A DNA stretch of 63,831 nucleotides, filler included, from Octopus bimaculoides (lineage: Eukaryota), in NCBI RefSeq assembly GCF_001194135.2. It is 9 parts of 7 records of this genome, joined end to end, with 100 filler letters (N's around TTAATTAATTAA, not from the genome) between each part and the next. Parts side by side here need not be neighbours in the genome. Positions count along the whole stretch, not along the records: positions 19,042 to 35,222 come from NC_068981.1; positions 35,323 to 39,092 come from NC_068993.1; 7 more parts are not named here. The stretch is one strand, 5' to 3'. Both the position numbers and the translations under genes were made by a program. Shown piece by piece: positions 24,051-35,834 of this stretch (position 1 is its first letter; each line of letters begins with the position of its first letter). A model generated the notes under the pieces. That model searched no databases. It was not told the DNA's origin and was given only the letters and a program-made list of their open reading frames with translations.

Positions 24051-24521
24051 AATGTGATATTATCCATGGGTATATAGATGCACACACTCTTTCTTTTAAA
24101 TCAGAATGTCCCAAATGTACATTTAGTGTAAGAGATTATGAAAATGGTAAAATTAACAATGAAAGGAAGCAATTTAGTTAAAACTTGAAACACTTCGGGT
24201 CACAGAGATGAGAAAACACTGAGATGAAAGACAGTTCCAAAGTCGAGCAGTTTGAAGAAAACAGCTACGACCGTAGAAAAGCATTCATATTTATATGCGT
24301 ATTTACATGTGTGTATGTGTATGCTTGGGTGTGTGTGTGTGTGTGTGTGTGTGGTGTATGGAATGCATTTGTGTGTTTTTGCGAATGGGATGTATCCATA
24401 CCTGGCATTCCCAGCTTATAGTCATCTGTCTCCTCAGCCTGGGATTCTAACTCCTCTGATAGCGTATTCCCGAATTCTAGAAAAATAGAAAGAAAGAAAA
24501 TTGTTAACTAAAGTCGTTGAT

Positions 24522-24690
24522 ATTCTTTTCTTCTCTAGGCAAAAGGTCCGAAATTTATGGGGAGGGGGCCAGTCGATTAGATCGACCCCAGTACGCAACT
24601 GGTACTTAATTTATCGACCCCGAAAGGATGAAAGGCAAAGTCAACCTCGGCGGAGTTTGAACTCAGAACGTAAAGACAAACGAAATACCA
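24522..24690 (-). mobile_element. SINE family 3 type B, lacking its first ~45 nt, abutting the Tx1 3' end
   Basis: Reverse complement matches 12850-12999 from ggtatttcgt...gagttcaaactccgccgagg to the gcctagagaagaaaagaat tail. Confidence 0.85.
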
Positions 24691-26120
24691 ATTTCTTTAT
24701 TACCCACAAGGGGCTATACAAAGAATGGGACAAAACAACTGATTGGGGTCAGTAACACGTTATGATAATACATAAATACGAAAATAAAATTATATGAAAT
24801 ATATAAGAATCGAATGAAATACACAATACAAATATGACACAAATGTAGCGATGATCAGGCCACGCTCCGACCCCATAAGCTCCTGGTACTTCTTTCATCT
24901 CTTGTTTTTCTTCTATAGTCTATTCACATGGTTCCTTGCACGCACAGCACTCGTGCAACATGCATCCATATTATTTTGAACACACTCTCCGACAGGCATC
25001 TCTTCTCCAGCCACACTTTCCTTTTCAAGTGAAAAGTGAAAAACAATCTTAACTCGTGGCCGGAGATAAAGTTACCCATCTTAATCCCTTTTATCCTAGT
25101 CTTCCATACTACCTCTTTCGCTATTGCAACAACAGTGAGAAAACAATTCTTACCTTCATTTGTTAAAAATTCCGGTGGGTCAATTTTTATAATTGATCCA
25201 GTCGGCAGCTATACTCTTCCTTCGCCGGACAACAGGTGTTCAGCATAAACTCACATTTCAGATATCTCCGGACACTGGATAATAGCGTGAGAGACGGTTT
25301 CCCTATCCCCACCGCATCTTGGGCATGTCGGAGAGTGAGACTTTCCTTGTCTTGCGAGTTTATCCCAAACGGGCAAGGCACCCCTGTAACATTGCCAGGT
25401 CAAGGACTTTTGGAAATTGTCAACGTTCTCAACCCGAATGTACGGTGGAACAGGCTGTCAAGTTGATATACCCGAGACCTAGGGTTGCCCCCAGGCCATC
25501 GTCACATTCAGACTCTACCAACCCACTATATAAAAAACGTGCAGAACCCCCACCGCTGGCATTGCTCGAGCGCCGGAATAGCAGGAGGGCCTTACGACAC
25601 TCCATATGCCACTTACTCGACCTCGGTCTATGAGAACACCAGGCTTCCTGTTCGCAAAAACTTTTGAACTCGCGGAACATTTGTCTGGCTAGCGGAGACA
25701 AACCCGTTCACCATCCAGGAGAATCCAGAGATGCCTCAACCTCAACGCATGCCTGCGCATCATTAACCAAAGCATCCCTAGATCTCCTTTTAACAGCTTT
25801 TGACAGCAGACAGAGCGTTTCACAAGTGGCGACTTGCCCTTCCACAAAAGCGAAAGACTGCCTCTCCAGTCTGATACCCACGAATCCGGACAGGGCATGA
25901 TGGTCAGGCGGTAGGCAATGACTTATGCGATAAACACATTGGCCACCTCCACCCTCTCTTTCAGGGATAGCCACCGCCAAGACCAGGTCTTGACTATTGC
26001 AGCCAAAATGCTTGAAATCTCCGTCCAGTTTTTCTCTATCCGAAGGCCTGGTCCAAACCATACACCCAGCAATTTAACCGGTCCCTCCGTCCAGCGCCCA
26101 ACAACGCTGTCTGAAGGCAT

Positions 26121-26945
26121 CTACTTGCCAACCCAGGTGCCGAGCTGCAAGCCGACCGACTTTTCTCGGCTGGTCTTTGCTCCTGCCACCGTCTCGTAAA
26201 CCTCAATAGCCTTACCCACTTCACGTAGGCGTGCTACTGTGGTAACGCTGATAGTGATATCGTCCGCGTAAGCCAAAACAAACTCCTCTAAACCTGGTTC
26301 TCTCGGGATGTCACTCAACTTTCGCAGTAGAGGCTCAAGAGCCACCACATACAAAAGTGGTGAGAGCGGACATCCTTGACAAACCGAGCGTCTGATGCAA
26401 AACGGCTTCGAAAGGAAACCGTTCACCCGAACTATTGAGTCGATGTGATACAGAGCGATGAACCACCTGAAGAAGCTAAGGCCCAGGCCAAACCGCGCAA
26501 GCACAGTCGCCAGGTATCGATGGTCGACCCTATCAAAAGCCTTTGATTGGTCTAAATGCACCAATGCCCCACCTTTGTTAGAGTTATCACCAACCCTCTC
26601 TATGGTATAGCGAATATAATGGGGATTATCCTGAATGTTTCTGCCTGGGATGGCACATATCTGTGCGTCCCCGACTATACCATTCGCGACACGCGCCAAC
26701 CTTTTTGCTAAAACCTTGGCCAAAATCTTCACTTCTGCGTTTAACAGAGCGATGGGCCTGAAATTATCTAAAACGTCCCCCTTGTCCGGGCCCTTTCTGA
26801 TCAACGGCACCACTCCCCGGCGCACTGGGGAGTGGTGGCGATCTGGGGATAAACCCATTCTGTTGCCAGTTTGCGTACATGCTAGCCAGTAGGTGCCCGA
26901 ACAAGTCTGGCATACATTTATACAGCTCGTAAGGAAGACCATCAA
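26121..26945 (-). pseudogene. Tx1 ORF2 reverse transcriptase domain (disrupted)
   Basis: VPLIRKG..LDNFRPIALLNAEVKILAKVLAKRL..LDQSKAFDRVDH..QGCPLSPLLYVVALEPLLRKL..AYADDITI; frameshifts on both sides. Confidence 0.92.
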
Positions 26946-27340
26946 GTCCCGGCAACTTATCCGCTTTACAGTCAGCCATAGCCTCCATCACCTCCCCAGG
27001 CGTGATCGGCCCCTCGCAAGCCTCCGCATCCGACCCCGAGGGGCGTGGTATCCCTGTAAGAAAGTCCTCGAGGACTTCCCTTCCATCAAGACCGCCATCA
27101 CCCCGGAAAAACTGGGCGAAGTACTCCCGAAATGCCTCACACATTTCTTCGGTTTCTTTTACCAAGACACCATTTTGGTTCGTCATAGACCGAATAGTAG
27201 AAGTATTTCCTTGTCAAGCTTCCATCACTCGGGTCCATCCAGCGGCGTTGATTCCTTCACTTCCCATCGCACGTAACTTAGCTCTGGCAATACTTGCCAT
27301 GTGTTGGGTTTCAAGATATTGGTTCAATTCCAATCTCTTT

Positions 27341-27523
27341 ACCTTCACTCGCTGCACACATAAGCAATATTTTACACTCCCACATTTCAAAGAGGAACCC
27401 ACTCGGCAATCCTACAAAGATAGGTTTTTCCTCTGAACGTGAATATTTAATATATACATCATATGAAGTCCCGGCAACTTATTCGCTTTACAGTCAGCCG
27501 TAGCCTCCACCACCTCCCCAGGC
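27341..27523. other. Composite insertion inside Tx1 ORF2: Penelope 3' piece plus duplicated LINE piece
   Basis: 27341-27467 matches 21697-21823 (6 differences in 127 nt); 27466-27523 matches 26944-27001 (3 differences in 58 nt). Confidence 0.9.
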
Positions 27524-27636
27524 CTCAAGTCTTCTTCTAGTTCCTTAACTATACCATCTCTTATTCTACGTCCCTTCTTAGCTAAAGTTATGCTAAACCT
27601 AATAGATTCATATTTTATGGCTCTTTTTAGGGCGTA

Positions 27637-28490
27637 CTACCATTTATTATTAATGATGGTACCTGTCAATGCCCTCTGAATTAATTTCTTGATCTGCTTT
27701 CTGTACTCCTCAATTGTCAAAATAGACGTATTGAGTTTCCAGTAGCCAGATCCCTGTCCATGTAACTTATCTACTGTCAGCTTACAGGTAACCATTTTGT
27801 GATCACTGTAGCTGACTAGATGAAATTGTGGACACTTAGCTATGCACTTATATGTTTTTCTAATTAAAACCCTATCTATATATGCTCTGGAAGACTCGTC
27901 ACTATTTGACCACGTCCACTGTGGAATGTTCGGATGTTCCAACCTATATGTATCTGCCAGTTGAAAGTGACTTAGCAGATCCCGTAAGCCTGGGTTACAT
28001 TTTCTATTCATGTTCGAGCCAACACAATCTGTGTGTGCGTCACAAATTGTGTTAAATTCTCCTATCAATACTAGCGAATGCGATGTGGCCAGAAACTTGC
28101 CCAGGTCACGAAAATATTCACTTTGCAGACCCATAACGTTGGGTGCATAAATAGCAACCAGCCTGATGGTCTTGCCACAACTGAACGTCAGGTCGAGAAC
28201 GACCAGCCTGCCTTTTAGATCAGAAAAAAACCAACTTTTTTCTCGGTTACACGGTTTCCTTTTAGTAGGACCAACACCCCACCCCCGCTACCCGCCCGAC
28301 TTGGAGAAACGTATTNNNNNNNNNNNNNNNNNNNNNNNNNNNNNNNNNNNNNNNNNNNNNNNNNNNNNNNNNNNNNNNNNNNNNNNNNNNNNNNNNNNNN
28401 NNNNNNNNNNNNNNNNNNNNNNNNNNNNNNNNNTCGCTTCCAACTCGACATCAGACCACGAACATTTATACAACCAATGTGAATAGACAT
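27637..28490 (-). pseudogene. Tx1 ORF2 apurinic-like endonuclease domain (disrupted, gapped)
   Basis: IGCINVRGL, GSGGGVLVLL, LVLIGEFNTICD, WTWSNSDESSRAYIDRVLI, SYSDHKMV, GYWKLNTSIL. Confidence 0.9.
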
Positions 28491-29049
28491 GACTTACCTT
28501 TTAAATCGGGACGTCCTGTGGAGAGGGACGCTCCACCTTTTCTTGACTTAGTGTCGGAGGTGGCAAATCAAATCTCAATGATGAGACCGATTTTCTATAC
28601 GTGTTACACAAGATATTATATGTCTTTTTGTCCACTTCGTAAAATTCATAATTTTTATATATTTTTCTGATAGCTCAATTAGCCTAGTGGCTGATTTTTT
28701 TCGTTTTTATATCACGCATTAAGTCCTCGTTTTTGCTGTGTAGTGTTACTATTCCTCTGTTCGTCTCCCCCTCCGCCGTCCTCGGTCTGTCTCTCTTGGC
28801 TGTCTTTTTTGGTCTCGGCTCGCTCTGCTTTTGCTGGTTCGAGACTTCCATTTTCCTTTTGTTGTTTATTTTTCCTTCAGTTTCTCTCTCTCTTTCTTCC
28901 TCCTCACCGTCCGATTCTTCTTCACCTTCTTTACAATATTTTTTAATGTGACCCAGTTGGCTACACTGGAAACATCGGGGCTTACGCCCCTCAACAAAAA
29001 ATATTCAGAACTTCCTCCCCTACATTTACTATTTCTGGTGTAGAGTGGC

Positions 29050-29752
29050 AATGGTGTTCAACGAAAAAGACAAACTACAGTGTTCCTTTATCGACGCCAA
29101 TTTACTCGTTTGACACCAGGCAACTCGTGGACACAAACAATTATTTCTTTACTGCATCATTACCGGCGAAAAAGTATGGTGTTTTATGTCAATATGAAGC
29201 AGAGAAAGGAATGGCTGAGTCCCGATATCCAGCAGCACTTCGAGCTAAGCCAGAGCTGCATCCAGGCAAGGCAATGATCTACATTTGGTTGGAATGGAAA
29301 GGGTGAATCCTCAACGAAATACTTGAAAACAACTACACTGTCAGTGCATCGGCTCAACGAGACAATCCAGCTGAAGCGACCATACCGGTGAGATGGCGCA
29401 CTTCAACAATGACAGCACTTTTCCCCATGCCATTTATTTCACCAAAAATGCTATTCAAGAGCTCGGTTGGGAAATTCTCTCGTACTGTCCGAATTGTCCT
29501 GATATAACATCTTCAGCTATTCACCCTTTCCGTTCAACAAAAATGTGGAGCTGAAAAATAAGCTCGATGAATTCTTTCAGTCAAGACCCGGTGATTTCTA
29601 TCGTCAAACATTGACAAGTTTGTGAAACGTTGGTAAGAAGTCCTGAACAATGAAGGAGAATTATATCATTGACTGATTTGTTAAAATTATCAATGAAAGT
29701 TATAGATTAAAATAATGGGAAAAAACGAATGAATTCATCTAACAAACTAAAA
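29050..29752 (+). mobile_element. Decayed mariner transposase 3' portion with terminal-repeat remnant
   Basis: Frameshifted CIITGEKVWCFYVNMKQRKEWLSP..KPELHPGKAMIYIW..TKNAIQELGWEIL..CPD...LDEFFQSRPGDFYR..LNNEG..IID* resemble mariner D,D34D transposases. Confidence 0.8.
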
Positions 29753-29924
29753 CACACATATGCACAGAAATCGTTAGGTATAGATATGTATATTAATAGA
29801 TATGTGTGTATGTGTGTATATGATTGTATATATTTAGGCATACCTTCTTTTTCTTTTCTTTACTTCGTTTCAGTTTTGACCGGTCACCTACTTTGATTGC
29901 AAGGTTGTGAAGAAAAGCATCTAG

Positions 29925-30400
29925 TTTTGTTCATAATCTTTGAAATCTTGAGTAGGTCTTGCAGATTTTTATTGTCCCGGATATCACGATCATTTCTAGC
30001 GTATGAATTAAGTAATAATAATAATAATAATCCCTTCTCCAAGCACCCAAGTTGAGCCATACTTTGCTTCAAGATTCAGTACATATCCTGTTACTTCAAT
30101 AACAATAAGTGTGAAATCGAAGGTGTACCTTGGGGACTGGACATGCAAACTCCGTAGACGTTCTCTGACTACGTTGGTGAAGATAGAACAGCTGATTTGC
30201 ACATCAGAGCATATTTGCTTCTTGTGGCAACACACAACAACAATATCTGGCCGATTGTGTTTTCAATCGTTAATATTCCATTTGCCTCTCTTCATGTTCG
30301 TATCTTTATATTGTGCACATTAAGAGGTAATATTTATCACCCCTTAAATGTGGATGTTCTATTAGAGCAAACTAAACTGCTTAGGTACCATGAGAGAAAC
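29925..30400 (-). mobile_element. Second RLE non-LTR retrotransposon 3' fragment, interrupted by (TAA)n
   Basis: KHNRPDIVVV..K.IC..VQISC, then after the microsatellite LIHTLEMIVISGTIKICKTYSRF*; parallels 23711-24050. Confidence 0.7.
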
Positions 30401-30576
30401 TCTCATAATAGTTTTCTGGTGTAAAATGCACACTTCGTTTATATCCCTAGCGGTCTAAAATAACCGAAAGAAATAAAGGATAAAAATATAAATATACATG
30501 TGTGTAGTGTATGTGTGTGAATGAGCGTATCAACAAAGAGTGTAAGAGAGACATAAGGAATATATATATATATATT

Positions 30577-30900
30577 TAGAGAGAGATAGAAAGACAGAGA
30601 GACAGAGAGACAGAGAGACAGAGAGACAGAGACAGGCAAAGACAGAGAGAGAAAGACAGAGAGAGATGGAGAGAGGGGAAGAGAGAGGAGAGAGAGAAGA
30701 GAGAGAGGAGAGAGAGAGAAAGAGAGAAAAGGAGAGAGAAGGAGGGGAAGGGAGAGAGAGAGGAAGGGAGAGAGAGAGGAAAGGAGAGAGAGAGAGAGGA
30801 AGGGAGAGAGAGAGGAAGGGAGAGGGAGAGAGGAAGGGAGAGAGAGAGGAAGGGAGAGAGAGAGGAAGGGAGAGAGAGAGGAAGGGAGAGAGAGAGAGGA

Positions 30901-30935
<35 letters not shown>
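30577..30935 (+). repeat. Compound (GA)/(GGAAG) homopurine tract
   Basis: About 360 bp almost purely G/A, with a recurring gagagagaggaaggga unit. Confidence 0.9.
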
Positions 30936-30937
<2 letters not shown>

Positions 30938-31555
30938 ACAACATGTGATCTTCTTCTAGCACATTAAATGTCCACTATATTATACCTACCTGGAGGCCCA
31001 TTTACTAAATACTCCACTTGCAGCCCAGTTTGTTGTACCCCCTCTGGTGCCATATCCTCCAACAATCCTAGAGAAACGAAACGGAGGAAACTTTTTATTC
31101 AGAGTTCTCATATCAAATATTTAAAGTTTTATGCCATTTTAATATTTGAACAGAATTAAAAAACAAAACTCACACCGTCAGCCAACGCATATGATAGTTA
31201 AATATCTCTTCTTAAAATATTGAAATATTTAGGAACAAGTATTTTGAAATCAGCAGTCTCTTTAAGCTGATAAAATCTTAACGTATTTACAAATATTGCA
31301 GTATTTGGTTATGCCAGAGCATATTTTTTTGACGGTCTTGAATGTCTCGTAATTTCTTTCAAGCAAAGTGATCACGTAAAATATATCTTACAAATATATA
31401 TTCTAAGCAGACCCAGTAGAATAATAAAAGGTTTACTGAAAGACATATTCATACACTTCTTGTTGATTGTATCCAAATTGAGGTATTGCACATTTTTGTG
31501 TTGCATTTTTTTTAACAAAGCACCAGTTTCTTCTCAGAAAAATAGAAATATTATA

Positions 31556-31607
<52 letters not shown>

Positions 31608-31734
31608 NNNNNNNNNNNNNNNNNNNNNNNNNNNNNNNNNNNNNNNNNNNNNNNNNNNNNNNNNNNNNNNNNNNNNNNNNNNNNNNNNNNNNNNNNNNNN
31701 NNNNNNNNNNNNNNNNNNNNNNNNNNNNNNNNNN

Positions 31735-31942
31735 GGCATTAACTATATAGTAACTATATAGTAATGCCTCACGCTCAGAAGGACTAACTAAGTCAAACAC
31801 TACCCAAAAATAAGCAACATATTTACCGAAAGCTGCATTTCCTCGCTTTCGGTAAATATGTTGCTTATTTTTGGTAGTTTTTTACTTATCTAGTCCCTCT
31901 GAGCGTGAGGCATTACTATATAGTTACTATATAGTTAATGCC
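31735..31942. repeat. ~208-bp foldback with nested palindromes (unclassified MITE/foldback family)
   Basis: ~99-nt arms, 11-nt loop; each arm begins ggcatta-ACTATATAGT-a-ACTATATAGT-aatgcc. A relative lies at ~61901-62537. Confidence 0.85.
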
Positions 31943-32104
31943 TTTATATAAATTATATAAATTATATATATTTATGAAAAAAATGATGAGTTTTTTTCAT
32001 TATGAGGTTTTTTCACGCTGACTACTTGATAAATTCTTATAAAGATTTTATTCCAATGTTGTATGGTATTGCCACTGATATGCTAAAAATATTTATCATA
32101 TTTG

Positions 32105-33341
32105 GTATTAAAACCGATCTGAAACATGCAGCTTCATCAGAGTGAAGAATAAATAAAGAAGAAGTGCATAGAGAAAAAAGAGTGAAAAGTTGAATATGGT
32201 TGTAATCATACTATTTTGTTTGCGTATCTCTTTGGGACGATAAGTAAATGACTAAACCAAAAATAGCAATTGGTGGATTAATCCTTTGTACGCTGGGGAT
32301 AGGATAGATAAATAATAAAATAACAAAAAGTAACAGTGGGATACGCCAATAGGTTTTATTCGGAGAAAGGGTGAAGATACAATAAGGTTTTAGATTAATC
32401 ATAATAATTTATAATAATTGTTTGTTGTACAAATTAATTGTGTTAATCACAATAATGTGCTAATCGGTTAGGTGTAATTTTTATTCATTTATTAGTAGTT
32501 GGTTAAGCCCTTCCACCTGTTGTCCGAAGTGAGATAGATCAAGGTCCAACGTTCGATGTAACCTTAGTTTGCCCCTTACCCTAGTTATTACCTCCTCTTA
32601 ACCATGAATATTTCTCTAATTTTCCTACGGAATAAATTCGTTTCATTGTTTTTATTAATTTCACATTCCTATTTAAAACTTCAATCCCAACCGCCTTACT
32701 TCCTAAATGTCCGAATAGGTTCCTCTCTTAATATTTATTCCATAACATTATTATTATTTTTTAAATCTTGTATTTATTACTATCCTAAGAGTTTTAGGGC
32801 CCCTTACAACATACACCATTTATTTATTTATCTTACCCTTTATAATGGCCTAAATAGCTGGCATTTTGTTTTTAAATTTCAACTGACCAATTACATCGAA
32901 CATTGAAACTTGGCCTATCTCACTTCGGACAACAGGTGGAAGGGCTTAACCATCTACTAATAAATGAATAAAAATTACACTTAACCGATTAGCACTTTAT
33001 TATGATTAATACTATTAATTAGTACTACAAACATAGTTATTGTAAATTATTATGATTAATCTAAAACCTTATTGTATCTTCACCCTTTCTCCGACTAAAA
33101 CCTATTGGCGTATCCCACTGTTACTTTTTGTCTTTTATTATTTATCCATCCTATCCCCATCGTACAAAGGATTAATCTACTAGTTCCTATTTTTGGTTTA
33201 GTCATTTACTTAACGTCCCAAAGAGATACGCAAACAAAATGGTATAATTACAACCATATTCAACTTTTCCCTTTTTCTTCTCTATGTACTTCTTTATTCT
33301 TCACTCTGATGAAGCTGCATGTTTCAGATCGGTTTTATTAC
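32105..33341. mobile_element. 1.24-kb inverted-repeat structure, probably Penelope-derived
   Basis: Arms 32105-32561 and 32891-33341 are ~450-bp reverse complements. The minus-strand spacer gives ETNLFRRKIREIFMV (resembles the PLE GIY-YIG C-terminus); arms carry CTGATGAAGCTGC. Confidence 0.7.
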
Positions 33342-33541
33342 TCTTTTACTTGCTTCAGTCATTTGACTGCGGCCATGCTGGAGCACCGCCTCTAGTCGAG
33401 CGAATCGACCCCAGGACTTATTCTTTGTAAGCCTAGTACTTATCCTATCGGGCTCTTTTGCCGAGCCGCTAAGTTACGGGGACGTAAACACACCAGCATC
33501 GGTTGTCAAGCGATGTTGGTGGGACAAACACAGACACACAA

Positions 33542-33576
<35 letters not shown>

Positions 33577-34265
33577 CATACATACACACGACGGGCTTCT
33601 TTCAGTTTGTATGTATGTATGCCTATATGTAATTGTGTGTCTGTGTTTGTCGCCCCCTGTATATATATTGGTTTATTCTTTTACTTGTCTCAGTCATTTG
33701 ACTGAGTCATTCTGGAGCACCAATTTAAAGGGTTTTAGTCGAAGAAATTGACCCCAGGGCTTATTCTTTGTAAGCTTAGTGCTTATTCTATCGTTCTCTT
33801 TTGTCGAAACGCTAAGTTACGGGGACAAACACACCAACACCAGTTGTCAAGTGATGTTTCTGGGGGCTAAACACAGACACAAAAACACACACACATAAAT
33901 ACATACATACATACATACATATATACATACATACACACACACATACATACATACATACATACATACACACATATATACATACATACATACATACATACAA
34001 ACATATATNNNNNNNNNNNNNNNNNNNNNNNNNNNNNNNNNNNNNNNNNNATATATATATATATATATATACATATATTCTTTTATTCTTTTGCTTATTT
34101 CACTCATTTGACTGCAGCTATGCTGGAGCACCATCTTTAGTCGAATAAATTTACCACAGGACTTACTCTTTGTAAGCCTAGTACTTATTTTATCGATCTC
34201 TATCGCCCACACCATCGTTTGACAACATCGGTTGTCAAGCGATGGAGGGGGCGACAAACACAGAG
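33342..34265 (-). mobile_element. Cluster of three SINE family 1 copies (33342-33610, 33670-33890, 34078-34265)
   Basis: Each starts with cttttacttg(t/c)ttcagtcatttgactg..gctggagcacc and continues the family-1 right half. Confidence 0.8.
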
Positions 34266-35189
34266 ACATCTGCTCGTGAAATAATGGCATACATCTGAGA
34301 CATCTGCTAGTGCAACGGAAGCATTTCCGGCACTGCAATGAAGTCAAAAGAGATTGTGAAATATCTATGTAGCTCTTTCATTTTTTTGCATGTTAATTTC
34401 ACTTGTATTTATATATATATATACACGCGCGCACACATATATCCATACAAGTATGTACGTGTGCTTGAATATGTATGCCTATTAGTATGTCTATCGTTAT
34501 GTATGCATGTATGTGTGCATGTATGTATGCATGAATGCATGTAAGTGTATACATGTATATATGTATACATGTGTATATCTGTATTGATGTATGCATATGT
34601 ATGCATATACGTATGTATGAATGTGTGTATGTGTGTATGCATATATGTTTGTGTATGTATAGATGTATGCGTATATATGTATATATGTATGTGTGTATGT
34701 ATGTGTTTATATATGTATTTATGTATGTATCTGCATGTATGTATATATATGTATGTATAAGTAATTCGTACCTGGGACTTTAAAACTATCCGTCTTGTCA
34801 GCCTCAGATTCCAACATGGTGTTCCCCTCAGATTCTAGATAAACAGAAAGGAGGAAATTTACCATTGAATGTTTTAATACTGATTATTCAAACTTTTGTA
34901 TATTAATTGAATACTAGCATACTTGTGTAGTCAAAAATGCCAATAGTTTTATTAATGATAGAAAATGGCACAACAACATAGGAGAAGCCATTGCCGAATG
35001 TAAGCAATCTAATAAATATGCATACATACACAGAATTGAAGCACCTGATGAATCAGATACAGCTGTGCTCTCTCAGTTGAAAATATCATCCACATAATGT
35101 GTGTGTGTGTGTATAGACACATGCAGAGATATATGCACACATACATAAATGTAGGCATATATAAATATATACATATACACACACATGTA

Positions 35190-35222
<33 letters not shown>

Positions 35223-35335
35223 NNNNNNNNNNNNNNNNNNNNNNNNNNNNNNNNNNNNNNNNNNNNTTAATTAATTAANNNNNNNNNNNNNNNNNNNNNN
35301 NNNNNNNNNNNNNNNNNNNNNNCAAACATAAAATA

Positions 35336-35477
35336 ATAATAATAATAATAATAATGATGATGATGATGATGATGATGATAATCATCATCATCATCATCAT
35401 CAACATAATCATCATCATCAACATAATCATCATCATCAACATAATCATCATCATCAACATAATCATCATCATCTTCG

Positions 35478-35532
<55 letters not shown>

Positions 35533-35545
35533 CATTATTATTATT
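35336..35545 (+). repeat. Compound (AAT)/(GAT)/(ATC)/(ATT) trinucleotide repeat with an 18-bp higher-order unit
   Basis: aacataatcatcatcatc is repeated about 4 times between simple tracts. Confidence 0.9.
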
Positions 35546-35834
35546 TCACTAGTACATGCTAATTGAGTTAGCAGGTATTTTATCTTTAGTTTGGCGACAC
35601 TAAGATTCCTGTAATCTCAACAATCTTTCTTTGGATGCTAGGAAGCATTTAGGAAGCATTTAGTGTCTTTTTGGGAGGCATTTAGAGTGCTGTGACAAGT
35701 GCATCAATTATTAGAGGCTCTACTCTTATTATTAATCCTCAGCTGTATTATTATTATTGAATGAAAGAGCAGCACACGCCATCAAAGTGATGTCGAGGTA
35801 AATATATACGAAGCTGAATATATCCATCGTGATT

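Larger units (their letters stand above)
24691..29045 (-). mobile_element. Tx1-clade (L1 superfamily) non-LTR retrotransposon, 5'-truncated and decayed
   Basis: ORF1 C-terminal remnant (29045-28500), ORF2 start MSIHIGCINVRGL at 28490, APE, RT and C-terminal region to ~24930, then an AT-rich 3' UTR ending ...tagccccttgtgggtaataaagaaat. Confidence 0.88.
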
